From: Adineta vaga
Taxonomy: Eukaryota > Animalia > Rotifera
Length of the DNA stretch: 64,000 nucleotides
NCBI GenBank assembly: GCA_021613535.1
Contig: CP075492.1
Location: forward strand, 5,456,001-5,520,000
Direction: 5' to 3'
Below are positions 50,371 to 64,000 of the stretch, one piece after another. The position numbers and the translations under genes were made by a program. The notes beneath the pieces were generated by a model that worked only from the letters and a program-made list of their open reading frames with translations, searched no databases and was not told the DNA's origin. How positions within the stretch are numbered: the first letter of the stretch is position 1; every line of letters begins with the position of its first letter.

Positions 50371-53300
50371 TTAACAAAAACAAGATAACAACGAAGTTTT
50401 CTTTACTATTGTTGAATGTTCAACAATATGTTTTATCTGTTGAATATCAAGTGAACGTTTCGATGATTTGAAGTACTCTTGATATTTCATTAATGTTGAC
50501 ATCACTGCATCAGCAATTGTTGATGAAATCAACCTATAATGACAGATCAATAGATTCCGTTTAGATGTATGAGAATTCTTACGATTCAGTTTTTAATCGT
50601 CGTATGAATAACATGAGAACACAATCAAATTCTAATAATTGAACTTGATTATCAATGGTTACTAATCGTGTACCAATATTTTGAATAATTAATGCTAATA
50701 CCTTTAAACTTTCACTAGAACTAAATACAACAAACGATTTTCACAAAGAAAATTTATTATTTAATATTCTTACCAAGTATTAATTAAACTTTGTAACCAT
50801 AGTAGAAATCCATAATCAAATAAAAGTGCCATGAGCATATCCTGAACTTTACTTGTTGCATGAAAGACATTGAGAATTTCCAACTAAATGAAGAAAAAAA
50901 CGATCATCGAAATCTCGTATCAACACGAAATATGAGAAACATACTTTCGTAGTATCATCACATAATGAACAATTATAGAAAGTCATTAATGTTTTAAATA
51001 CATATGCATTAGTACATAATGTATAATCAATTGAATCTTTGATACCATGTTTCAATAAATTCAAGATCCATCCACGTTCATATTTGTACTAGAAAAGATG
51101 TGAATATCAAATCTTGAGAAAATAAAGAATTAGTATACAAACATCAATGGATGCACTATGAAAAAGTTCGCCAAATAATGGAATATGAACAAGATCGATA
51201 TAGGGTTGTTTAAGAAGAAATCGTGTTATTGTTCGATACATTTTCGATTCTAAACAGTGAAAACATACCATTCTTAACTTGTACAAGAGAATGATATTTA
51301 CCCGGATGAGTAAACAAATCGACTAATTTCGATAGAAATAATGCAACAATGGGTGCTAATTTCAAATTCGATTTTTTAATACTTTGTTTTAATAATGTGA
51401 GCATGGTTAAAATTTGTTCTTTACAATAGAATCGTTCTGTAACTAAATGTTGTTCGAAACGTGCAAGACAATTGTAAACTACAGCTCGTAATAAACCACA
51501 ACGTGAACTCAATGCCATGAAGCAATAAGCTAGACAATGTTTTTCAACAAATTGTTGACATTTAACAACATTTTCTATGATTAAGCAATTACTTAGAACA
51601 TTTTATTAAACAATGAAAATTCGATCTTACCTGAACCAAGTGAATGATAGAAAACTGGTATTAAATAAGCTGGATCATAGATTTGATCACCTTCTGCATA
51701 AATACTCGGCTCAATCGTCTAAAGAAATTTCAATTATTGTTCTTACTTATCGAAAAACATACATTCCAAACTAACCCTCAATCTTCTTGTGACAGGATAG
51801 AATAAAATTGATTTCATCAGCATTCTCTCATCCAATAAACTCATTACTTGTTCTAATTTTGATGCTTGTAATAGAACACTTTTTGCATCAGTTGTTGAAC
51901 TATATAATTTCAATGCTGCTTCACCCCAAACAAATGCTGATTTCATTGAATAACCGTGTTTTTCATATGTATACATACAAGCTAATGTATGTTGATCATT
52001 TTTTGATAGAGTTGGATTATAAATCGATAATAACATCGGAAAATGTTTTGAACAATCAATACTAACAGAAGATTGATTAGCATCATAATGTGAAACAAAT
52101 AATGACAAGATATCGACAAGTAGTGAACGATTTGAAGATGAAAGTTGTTCAAGAAAATTCTTATGTTTGAGAAAATTACCAAAGAGTTTTGCTAAATGTT
52201 TCTGATCGATGGATTCTTGTGCAACAAAAAATTGAATTAACGTTTTTAAAAGACTAATAGCATTGGTAGTAAATGTTGCAAAATATTTGAGAATACGACG
52301 AATTAAATCATATAGATCAATTTGACTTTTAGTTTGAGTAAAAAGACGAATTGTACATTGTTCAAATGACACCAACCATTCATCAATATTCCTATGAGAA
52401 TAAAATAAGAAAACTCTTCGTCAATCTCGAAAATATAATCCTTACTGATGAATATCCTTGGTTGTTTCGAAAAAGGATACAGTGGTTTTGGCGATTGATT
52501 TGTAGATTATCTCTGCTGCAGGTAAAGAATCGGGAAATAATTTTAACATCAGTAATAATTGATTGGTTTGTTTGATTGGTAATTGTTCAACTGAATTATT
52601 ATTTTCTAGTAATTTCATAATCTTTTCATGTTCATTTGGATTTTGTTGACAAAAGATTCTTAATAAATCAAAAACAATCGATTCCGATGAATAATTATCA
52701 ATTAGCTTTTGTAAATAATCAATGAATAATTCGTTTTCAATTCGTTCTTCAAGATTCAAAAGGTCATGAAAGACATAAGCAAGAAGAAGTAATGAATGAT
52801 TAGATTTATTGATCAAACGATTGATTGCATCAGGATGATCATTCGATCGAAGTGCAGTGATCGTTCTAAAGACAACTTGATTTGTCAAAAAAAAAAAGAA
52901 AATTCGAATAAATCTTTCGTCTTACCGAACAATTAACTTGGCAACAAGAATTCGAGTTGATACTTGTGTATATTCTTTTCCTGTTAGTTTAAAAATTAAT
53001 TTTTGTTTTAATCGTAAAATATTCTTCCAATTTTTATTGGAAATTTTCTTCATTCGTTCAATTAATTCCATAATACATTCGATTCCTTCTTCGAGATTAT
53101 CGTCAAAGACTTGTAAACCATCGATGATTGCATCGAGAAATTTGTCATCAATTACATTTTGATTTGTTTGAATTTCTCGAATGATGATTTTCAGAATAGG
53201 AAGATTATCAGTGACAGTTTGAGAAATAATATTCAGAAATTCTGTTCGATATTCTAAAGATAAATAGTTCGAAGTAAAATAAATCAAATGATAATTATTC

Positions 53301-56300
53301 GGTTGATATTCTAAACATTTTAATAGAATTTTCGAATGTTGAAGTGATTTTCTTGTTTGATGAGTCATATTAAGTCCATTGATAAGTTGACAAAGAAATG
53401 ATACAATTGAACTTGTGTCGTCCGATGATTGAATGTGTTCAATAGCCATATCGAATAAAACTTCAAATGGACGACGAGGATCATTGAGAAGAAGAGCAAT
53501 ATTTAAACATTGAATCATTTCAGAGATCAATTTCGAAGTATCATTTTTCTATATATAAATTTATAGTAGTTCATATTTGTTGTCTCGCATCATTTACCTT
53601 TAATGAGAAGATTTTAAAAATGTTTAATTTGATTGCTAAATTGATTTGTAGATTATCCGGACCTTTTTCTAAATCGATATTGGAAAGAATGAATTTTTCA
53701 ATTTGACTTATTTCATTAATTATTATCTAAATTACAAAAAAAAACGAATAATCTTTTTTTAATTATATATTTAACATACAGTCGTTTGTTTATCCGATGT
53801 TGATAGAGTATCGAATAATTGTGAGATCTTCATATTTTTTTTATTTTTTAAATAAACTTTTCGTAAATGTTGATGAATTTTATCCGATGGACGATTGTTT
53901 TGTCCGATATAAATTTGAAATATCACATGACAAAGATACTCATCGATTTCATTCGGAATTTCTAAAAACTTGTTTTTTATTTATAAAAAAAATATTTCTA
54001 TGGAAAACGAACCTTCTTTTGCATGTTGAATTGCATCAAGTGCTGAATAGATCATCAAACTATATCTAAAAGAATGGAAAGATGAAAGAATTTTTTGTTA
54101 TCTTCTTCATACCCGCTATCTTTAATGGTTTTTTCAAGTAATGGATATGGATTTAATATGATTCTTTCGATTGTATTGGAAAGAAATTGTTCAATCTTTT
54201 CATGACTTCCTAATTTTAACCATGTATAAAACCAAATAATTAATTCATGATAATGTTGATTGATCATTGAAGAAAGTTTAATCACAATCTAGAAACGAAT
54301 TAGTTTAGAAATTCGAAAGCGAAAGGAAATATTTACTGAAGCTAAATGTTCAGACATGTTATTGAAATTTTGAAATTGTTTGCCAAGTTTTAATAATATT
54401 CGAAATGGTGTACATTCAAGTTCTTTATTCTATACAAAGAAATAACAACTTAATGGAAATTTTAGCAATCAAATTGATTACGTACATGTCGTGCCCATGT
54501 TGCATCATCGGTAGATTCTCGATAGCTCAAAATATTTTGAATACATTGAAAATAATTTTCAATGAAACTTTCCGTCATTTCATTTTTAACTAAAAGTTCT
54601 TTGAAAAATGATAATAAATTCATAATTGAATTCATCAGAAGTATATCAAGATTGATATTCATTGCTGACATAGACATAAAACATGATGAAGAATATAATT
54701 TCAAGAGATTTATATATTGACTAATCGAATGAATAATATCCGAGGTTGAATCAACAGTTTTAAGAAGATTTAATGATTCACAAAAATGATCAGGTTTTGG
54801 AATATATCGTAATATAGCTTGTTGGTAAGCTTCGAGTGTACTGATTTTATCACAAGCTAATGGAATAACGGTAATCAGATTTAAAGCTTCTTTGACTTTT
54901 TCCAAAACCAGAGAAAGAAATTTCATCGACACTAATTGAACTGTTGCATCCGAATTTTTCAAAATAACTTGGTCGAATTTAGTCATTATATCCATTGGTA
55001 ATGTTAAATTTATTAAGATATCCGTTAATTTAATCGAATCTGTTGCTGTTTGAAGAATGTCAAGCCAGGTATTCAAAGGTTTTTGTTGTTGAAGAACTTC
55101 ACAAAGGAATTCCAATGTTCCCGAAAGATTCTTGGAACGAATACTTATGTATTCATGCGCTACTAATTTAAAAAATCTATACAGGAGACAAGATTGTTTT
55201 TACGAATGTGTAAAGAAGAAATAGAATTATATTTACGGTTGAAGAAGATCAGGACATGTTGTTAAACAAGTAACAATTAAATTCGCTGCATATTCATCAG
55301 TAAGACAATGATTGGCAAGAATTATTATTACTTTAAGAATGATTGGATTCGAATTTCTGAAAGAGATAACGAATTTCAGTACGTTCTATATCTATCTCGA
55401 AGAAATTCTTACTTTGTTGTTGTTCCAAAACTTGTATCGAAGAAATTAATACCATAATTTTTCGAATTCAAGATAATCATCATAAATGTATGAATTATTC
55501 GACGAATTTCATCACGATCAGTACTATCTTCAACTTCCATCTAAATGAAATCGATTTACAATCTTATCATCATTTAACTTTCTTTCGAAATTACTTCTTC
55601 TCCTTCTTCTTCTTCTAAATCTAATGATTTTTCCACTTGATTTTTCTGCTTTTTTGTTTTAACAAAATCCTTTTGTCTTTGTTGACCAGTCCAATTATAC
55701 AATCGAATCAATGATTTCAAATTTCGATCATCAAATAAATGAATCTTATCAGTTTTTGTTACTCCAGGAATCATAATTATCTAAATTTAAATATCAATAT
55801 CAAGACTTGTTTTTCTCATTAAAGAAAATCTTATTTTACATTAGTACGAATTTCATCAAGAATAAATTGCACTGTAGTTCGAGAATCATGGACTAATCCA
55901 TAGAAAATTTCATGAAAGATATCTAGACAAAAATCAAATGAAAACTTTATTATTCGTATAAATAGATGAATACCTTGTTCTTTGATTAAATTCCGAATAG
56001 TATCAATATGTTGATAAACTAAAGGTGATAAAAAGAATTTGATCACCCAATATCGAACATCTTCTTGATCGCGAATATCTCGTCGTTTGAATAATGGTTT
56101 CCAACATGGTCGTTTGAAATCAATTAATGAAAAAATGGATCGAGCATGAAATTCATTTTGTTGAACCATGGATAGTAAAAATCGTAAGGTGATTTTTAAA
56201 TGACCTCAAATAACATATTCATACAAACAAGAACAGACAAGAAATAAATATATACTTGCTGTACTATGATTCGATAACATGAAATAGATGGTATGAACCG

Positions 56301-56839
56301 AAGTTGGTATTGATATGAACCTTTTAAAAACAGTTTCAGATAAATTGGAATGATTTTTCGAAGAAAAATATTCCATTAGTGTTGTTAAAAATCGATATAA
56401 TGTGATGTTCTAAATTAGAATTGAATGTTATTAGAAATATTCAACCTATCTTCTTCATCAAAATAGACAGGAGAAGAAATTTTGTAGAATGAAGATTAGT
56501 ATTTCTTTCTTACCTCACTTGATTTACGTTTTTCTTCTGAAATAAGTGTTACAATGTCGTCTAAATTTGATTTTAATGTTTGAAGAAGATTCTCCATCAA
56601 TTCGTCGAGCTTTTCTTGTGATGATAATTGACGTACATGTTCATTAAATTCACTTAAAGCTTAAAATTTTAAACATATTTACTGTATTCGTTATAAGTAA
56701 ATAAATCGTACTCACCTAGAAAACTACTTTCAGGATCTTTTAAGTTTTTATGAAATGTTTCAATAGGAAATTTTTCGTCCACTTTCGTTTTCTTCTCAGA
56801 ATCAACACCATTCTCTTCGATTTTACGTTTAATACCCAT
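50371..56839 (-). CDS. URB1: Nucleolar pre-ribosomal-associated protein 1 (URB1/Npa1); many exons
   Basis: N-terminal Npa1 features (DVRYWVIKFFLS, IFYGLVHD...VQFILD, PGVTKTDKIHLF) and C-terminal YDPAYLIP, FVEKHCLAYCFMALSS, ERGWILNLLKHG. 3' end approximate. Confidence 0.88.
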
Positions 56840-57614
56840 CTAGAAATAAATAGATCTCTTTAAATTATTGTTTCAAAATCGAAACGATCGATTAGTAGTA
56901 GTAGATTAGTTAGAATAGGAATGGATATCTATTGTTCTATTGGATCTATTTCTGAGCGAATAGAAAACGAGACGAAATCAAATGCATTAATAACTCGTAC
57001 AGAAGAACGAAATGATTTTAATATACATGTGAGACAATATAGAATTAATATTGTTGTCTCCTTGGCAGAATGCCTGTAGTCAAATGTCTTTTGATCAGTA
57101 TATATCAAATAACAAAGAAGTTCTATTCTATTGCGCATCAATTATGTAAATCTATATGTCGACAGATTTTCCTTAATGATTAGTGAAAGCTTTCAACAAT
57201 TCATTGAGATATATTCCTAATGAATTGAGAATTATATATGCGTACTATATGTATATTATCATTTTAATCAAAAGAAAAAATTTATCAAAATTCTTATTTA
57301 TTGTGTTTTTTTCTCGTGAGGATTAAAATAAAAAATAAAAACTAATTGAATGACTTTTCCACACATGTATTCATGCATATAGTTTTAAAAGGGTTAGTTA
57401 GAGAAGAGCAAAAAAAATAAGGTGAATTAATGAGGACATATGTATTGTTGCATATTATCATTGAGCTAACAAAACATAATGATTTTATAGAAAGTGTGTG
57501 TATGTATGATATGTAATATTCTAAACGTATATGCGAATATGATTCGGTATCTATTGTGTATATTGATGGGTAAGTGACATGAAGGATAGTATAAGTGATT
57601 TAATACAAGAAGAA

Positions 57615-58710
57615 TTAAAATGATGAAACAGCAAGTTCACTTTCGTTTGAAGGAGGAGGTGCTGCTGTCTCAGATCCAGATACTTGTTGATCAACATTTT
57701 CATCTTGTTGGGGTTGACTTTGTTCTGATGCTTGTGGTTCAATCGGTGATTGTTGTTGTTGTGGGACAGAATCAGATTGCTTTTGAAGGACTTGGGGTGC
57801 AGGTTGCATTTGTAGAGGAGCTTGCGGCGACTGTTGTTGTTGTTGTTGTTGTTGTTTTGGTCGAGGAATATCTTCACCAAGGATTGAACGTGAAATATTA
57901 TATGCTGGTTGAGGTGGTAAATCATCTTGTAATGCTTCTTTTGTACGATTCATGTATTGATTACGTAATGATAATAAATTACTTCCACCATCGTTACTTG
58001 TCTGTCGTTGTACCTGTTTTTGTGGTTGTGGTTGTGGTTGACGATTCATCATTTGTGGTCGATTAAAATCATCGGATAATGATCCGGTTTTAAATCGATC
58101 ACGTATGGATCCAAGATCGGCATGAGCCATTTGAATATGTGGTGGAGCGATGGCTTGTTGAATATTATTCAATGGATTACCCATTAATTGTTGCATTTGT
58201 AAAAATTCCACACTATTCACAGGTGGTTCATGAGTTTTAGGTAATGCTGAATAAGTCATTGAATGTGAAGTAAACGAACGAGTTGTTGTTGTTTGATTTG
58301 AACTAGGATGTGATGCATAACTCGAATTTGAATAATGTCGGGATGATGTTGATCGCGATCTTGGTTGACGTGATTGAGGAGTAGTCGGTGTAGCAAATTT
58401 GTTCATGAGATTCTAAACGAAATAAATTTTTAGAAAAAAAGAAAATCAGATATGATAATTCACATGAAAACATACCTTAATTCCCACTGGACGTGATGAT
58501 TCATCGTCATATTGTTGACTTCGTTGAACGGCCGTTTGACGTTGAGCTGAATAATATTCTAAATTCAAAATATGACCAAGAAGATCGTTGGTGAGTAAAT
58601 TCAATGAAAAACAAAATATACCTTGTTCGTCTTGTCGTTGTCGTTCAACTTCCGGTCGACTACGTCCCTGTTGAGATTGTTGTCCTCCACTTAAATTAGC
58701 TGCCGTGCGA

Positions 58711-58741
<31 letters not shown>

Positions 58742-59680
58742 GATAGGATGAAGATAGTGGTGATGAAACTTGTTGTACAGTAACACGACGTTGCTGTTCA
58801 GAAGAAGAATTTTGTTCTTGTTGTCTTTGAATTTGTTGTTGACGTAATAATTGTTGATGTTGCTCTTGAAATCAAATAAAGGAACAAGGTTATAGATATT
58901 CTATCATCACTTCCTATCAATTTCATTATGTACGAGAGATTGCACACAAGGTTAATAATGACAAATAGATATAAAGAGAAAAAAAACCGACAGAACATAC
59001 CAGGTGTCAATTGACTATAGTATTGTTGTAAATAATCTTGATGTCGTTGAGGTGAAATTGAATGAGATTGTTGAGGAGAACCAGTCGAGACAGGACGAAC
59101 CGATACACGTTGTGCCTAAATTCGAATATGAAAAAAAAAAGTAGGCTTGAATGTTTTGATATACCTGCACATGATAATCCGGACTATGCGATGGACTTTC
59201 TGTCCATAAATCAACATTATGATGTGTATATTGAGCAGCACCTGGTGTTTGATAGACAACTGCTGGACCTGTTGAATGTCCGGATTGTTGACGAGAATCA
59301 AATTGAAAATGATGTTGTTGTGGTGATACTTGTGTTCGTTGTGGTGTACTTTGTAATTGATATGAATCTTGACTACCAAGTACTCGTACACTTGCACGAA
59401 CTTGAGGTGGCGGTGATGATGCTGATTGATAATGTTGTTGCGTTATACTCTTATTAAATCCACCTGTTGATTGATACGATTGTGGTATTTGATATGACTC
59501 ATTTAATCGAATTTGTTGATTTGATGAGCGTGAAACAGGATAACTCGAATAAGTTGGTGAACCGTATGAAGGTCCAGCTGATGAAGTATGATTTTGATAC
59601 GATTGTGATGTAGTAGCATTACTACTATTGAAATAATATTGATTATCTCCACTTGTACTACCGTAATAATTTGTGCTCAT
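57615..59680 (-). CDS. Gln/Ser/Tyr-rich low-complexity protein of unknown function; multi-exon
   Basis: Long open exons with poly-Q (CAA)n tracts separated by short GT-AG introns; no recognisable folded domain. Confidence 0.7.
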
Positions 59681-60278
59681 CGTAATATAATATCAAAGAT
59701 TAGAAGAAAATAATGAAGAATAAATAAATAAGTGTACTCGAAAGTCGTTGGACTTCTCTTACCCACAAAAAAGTGTTTTTTTGTGCTCTATCGTTTTTCT
59801 TCTTCGTTAGTAGGATTTTTCTCTTCTACTTCTCCTCCTCTTTCCCTGCTAAATTCTGTTTCTATGTATCTATAGTAGAGTATCGTCGTTGCTACACAAA
59901 CCCAAAGAATATTGACCAAAAAGCAGATATATATTATATGTATATTTCTTCTCCATATGTGGGTGTTTTTTTCCTAGGATCGAAGCAAAAAAGCAAAGAG
60001 CACATAGATATATATATATATATGTACAGAAGAGAAAACAACGATTACTAAAAGAAAGAAAAATATGGAACAAAAACATCTTAGGACAAACATTCTCTTA
60101 TATATATATATATATATATCCATCCATCGACAAATATCTTTTTCCTATGAATTACTGAAAGAAATGGTATGAATAGAGCAAGAAGAAAAAGAAGAATAAG
60201 AAGAAGCACATTGTTGATGATTAGCACGAATGTCTCCAAGCTGTGGGACTTATGACCTCGTTATCATTAGTCCTGTGG

Positions 60279-60783
60279 TTAAGATTTGTAAACACGTAAT
60301 GTTCGTTTAATCGTTTCACGACAAATAGGACATCTAGTTAATAATTTCGCACAGTTCAAACATGAGACAATATGACCACATTCAATAAATGCACAATTAG
60401 CAGGAGCATCTAAACATACTTTACAAGCATCTTCAGTACTCAAATCTGCCGATGTGTCATCCGATGACAAAGGCAGAGCAGATGCTCCTTTTTCGTTATA
60501 GGTCACTGAGGATGATTCTAGACAGAATAGGCCATAATTTATAATTAATTATTTCAAAGGGAATAATCATCATACTTGAACTATCATCAAATGTTCTATC
60601 TTTTCCATTTTTATTTGAATTTGTTCCTATTCCTAATGATGTTTGCCGATTGGATTGAAGATATTGAAATTTTTTAACTAATTCCTCCATGGATAATTGT
60701 TTAGCCATTGATACAAACTCGTCAATTTCCTCTTTTATAAGACTTTTTTTTACTTTGTTTTTGTTGGTGATTCTCTTCAACAA
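60279..60783 (-). CDS. C-terminal RING-HC (IAP/RNF34-type) E3 ligase-like small protein
   Basis: CKVCLDAPANCAFIECGHIVSCLNCAKLLTRCPICR. The two ORFs join through a ~58-nt phase-1 intron (GTATGA...CTAG). Start uncertain. Confidence 0.8.
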
Positions 60784-61026
60784 AATAAAAAAAAAGAAAT
60801 AAGATTAGAAAACGAATAATTCTGTGATTCTTTATATGTCTAAGAAATTTTTTCAACATCGCGGAATGAATGACTCAAAAAACTAACATATCTGATAAGC
60901 TGACTATTACATCATTATAAGAACAAAACAAAATTCAGCTGCTCATGGAGACGAGCAGAAAGAATTGTATGAATGGTATAGAATATATTTGTATGTCAAT
61001 TTAGGTTTTTTTTCTCAAAAGCTTTT

Positions 61027-61057
<31 letters not shown>

Positions 61058-61166
61058 AAAAGAAAATCTTTCTTTTTTGTTTCTGTTTGTACATGTGTCG
61101 ATGCATTTCTATTTCAATAATTTTTAATAGTTGAAAGTTTGTTTTCATCCCAAAAAACGAAAAAAA

Positions 61167-62325
61167 ATGAGACGAAGCCGAACTGATCGAATATTTCTTT
61201 CTTTGATTATGTTATTAATAATCTATATTGGTTGGTATATTTTCAATGGAACTCGTCGACCTGTACGTGATTCAGTTGAAGAACAAGCTTATTTACATGC
61301 TGTTAGTGGATCATTACCATTGATACATAATGCGAAATTATGTTCAGGACGTGATATTGATTTGTTATTTGTTATTATTTCTGCAGGTTCACATTTTCTT
61401 GAACGACAAGCTGTTCGAGAAACATGGGGATCCATGACCAATGCATTCAATGTACGTTCTCAACGTTTATTTGTTGTTGGTTATCAATATGGTAGTAATC
61501 TTTATAATGATCTATTAAATGAAGCTGAGCATGAAAAAGATATTCTTTATTTAACTGAAGAGGATACTTTAATGACACAAAAAGAACTACATGCATATCG
61601 TTGGTTAGATAAATATTGTCCAAATGCAACATTTACATTTAAAACAGAAGATGATTTGTTGGTGAATACAATTTTATTACATGAACTTGTTGCTGAATTA
61701 AAACATAAACCTGAAATCGTTCAAAATCGATCTTTATATAATATTTCATTGAATCCACTTTTTCTTGCTCGTAATAATCCAGATGTACATACGTTTCTTT
61801 TCGGTTGGGCATTTGAACCTGGTAAACCACAACGAAATACAACTATGGGTCAATATTATGTTAGTTTTAAAGAATATTCAAAAGAATTATATCCACGTTA
61901 CTGTTCTGGTTAGTTTTACTTTGATTTCTATGAAAGAAAAAAGAAGAAGTTTTCGTTTGTCTTACTTAGGTTTTGGTTATCTGATGGATCTAGAAACACG
62001 AAGATTATTGGCAGAACAAGGTTTAAAATATGAACATCCATTTCGTTTTTCAGATATTTTTATCACGGGAATTTTACCTGAACGATCAGATTTTTTTTGT
62101 GATATTCTTCCATTTACTTATACGCAAGGTACAACAGAACAATGTATAAATAATATTAAACGAAATAATTTAAAGGACATAACAGTATCAACACCACCAC
62201 TTCTTGTTTGTTCAACAGGTCGTCATACAGCACAGAATACATTTTCAGATTATTATCGCATTTGGACAGTCTTAAAATATGTCTATGGTGATCGAATACA
62301 TGGAAATAAACGTAATAAAGCTTAA
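61167..62325 (+). CDS. Beta-1,3-galactosyltransferase-like (GT31), type II membrane; 1 intron
   Basis: RQAVRETWG, FKTEDD (DxD-type), YPRYCSG|FGYLM, SDIFITG. Confidence 0.9.
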
Positions 62326-62494
62326 AAACAGAGACACGAAGTAAATGTTTTTTTTTCGCAGTCTATTCAATTGTTTTTAGATGGTTATATTTATTTTTCA
62401 TTCGTATTATATGTAGATAAACAAATATAGAAAGTTTCATTTGTTGTGGAAAAATAATCAAAAAAAAAGAAATATTTTATTACGAAAAAGTATC

Positions 62495-64000
62495 TCATTC
62501 ATCTGAAGATAATTGTAGTTTGAAAATATAAATTAGGATAGTAATCAAAAAAGTAAAATTAATAAAGTTTGATGAACTTCTATTAATAGGTGTTGTTGTA
62601 GTTGGTGGAACAGCCGTTGTTACCTCACTTAATGAACTGCATGGAGCAATTGTAATATCATCAATTGCAACAGCTAGTGGAGTTGGTCGTCGTTGATATA
62701 TTCGAAAATAAACTGATTCTTTACAAGCAGTCGATGGAAAAGACGTTGTAACTATTCGCCATCCACGACTATCATCTAATTCAACTGACCAAAGATTTGT
62801 ATTAGTACAATCTAAAGTTAACATTTGTAATTTAGTATTTTGTTCGTCTGGTTCGACATTTGTCGAATTAACAAAATAAGCAAATCGAATACACATATCA
62901 GCATTTGTTTCAATCAATCGTGTTTTTATTTGTCCATGAATGAGTGTTGATGGTGTATCTCGAGAACGTGCCCAATAAAGAAACCAATCACCACTTATTC
63001 CAGAAGAATATTTTGGACCGAGTCCTTCATTACGAATTCGATCTGGTGTTACAAGAGAACTATTAATGACAGTTTGTGGTGAAAGATATATATAATCATT
63101 TTGAATACCACATGATGGATCATAATCCGAATCAAAATCACATGCAAAATTTAGATAAGAATCTCCACGAAAATACTTTTGTTGATATCCACATGATCTT
63201 ATATCAAGCGAATCAATTGCAAATGAACTATTTACTTTAGTTCCTGAATCCATACGAAATAGAAGAGAATAATTTCCTATTGGTAATGATGCATATGCCC
63301 ATGACCTAATTTTAAAAGAGAATGATTTAGATTATTTTATTTGAAATACTGTTATTTACCATCGTTGATTGAAATAAGTATAATTCACTGGATTAATTGG
63401 CCAAACTTGCATGAGAGATTGACCATTCGTTTGATCCCATGCTAATACTGTCAGTTTACTAGTATGAAATGCTGTTCCAAATCTGTAATATTGAAAACTA
63501 AGACAAAATGTAGGATCATCTCTTGTAAAGTTAAATACACGTGTATTTAAATAACCAGCAGCACCCGATTTCAATGAATCGGAATTATTTAACCAGAGAT
63601 AATGACCTAGAAAATGAATGCGAAAATTAATTAGTTTTAAAAAGTTTTTTGTTGTTGTTAAAAGACCTGTTTGATCTCCAATGGAATAATCTGCTGGTGG
63701 TGCTTGTATTGTATAATTTTGAGCTTGTTGTGCTTGAATAATTGACCAACTATAGGAATAATTCGAAAGTGAAATAAATTCAGGACATAAAGTTTTATCG
63801 AAATCACATTGAAAAACTTTTATTTCTGGTGTCCATTTTGAATCTGGACATAATGAAATAGATATATCATCAAGATCTATCGATTGTGTAACATTACGAT
63901 ATGACATGAAGGGAATAAATTGACTCGCATATGGTGTTTCCAAAGTAAAAGTAAACCATTTTGTATTATCTCCTTCGACTCCAACTCGACCTGTTTGCAA
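62495..64000 (-). CDS. MAM-domain repeat cell-surface protein (3' part; likely GPI-anchored)
   Basis: Repeated CDFD..., FCLSFQYY / CIRFAYF and AIDDITIAPC motifs; Thr-rich stalk and hydrophobic tail. Continues beyond the window. Confidence 0.88.

Noticed and set aside
57551-59457. Val-rich antisense and Asn-rich alternative-frame ORFs
   Set aside because: Shadows of (CAA)n poly-Gln codons in the real gene.
60279-60783. Apparent frameshift between the two RING-gene ORFs
   Set aside because: Explained by a ~58-nt GT-AG intron that restores frame.

Overview
AT-rich, gene-dense eukaryotic (metazoan) DNA with very short GT-AG introns (about 45-70 nt). Core animal genes (RABGGTB, SBDS, CHMP3, SMARCC, URB1, Orai, KChIP, FGF, ZEB-type fingers, MLF) are interleaved with genes of mainly bacterial/fungal families (GH125, bacterial-type AmtB pair, DUF1772, GMC oxidoreductase, beta-helix protein, Pmp3). 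This combination suggests a bdelloid rotifer; that is an inference, not checked. About 30 protein-coding genes can be reconstructed. A TE-rich left edge holds a foldback element, hAT- and piggyBac-like ends, and a truncated LTR retrotransposon. The most unusual signal is a ~200-nt minus-strand element at 28174-28377. It is a long rod-like hairpin whose apex is a near-intact copy of the 28S rRNA GTPase-associated centre (helices 42-44, the uL10/P-stalk and uL11 binding site). It sits in non-rRNA stems and ends in a T9 run, making it a candidate ribosome-mimic ncRNA. Other notable items: an antisense gene nested in an intron, an operon-like/trans-spliced gene pair, an Orai with a charge-reversed inner pore next to a KChIP with degenerate EF-hands, an amidated neuropeptide precursor, a divergent Rel-homology gene with an in-frame stop, and a two-finger mini-ZEB.
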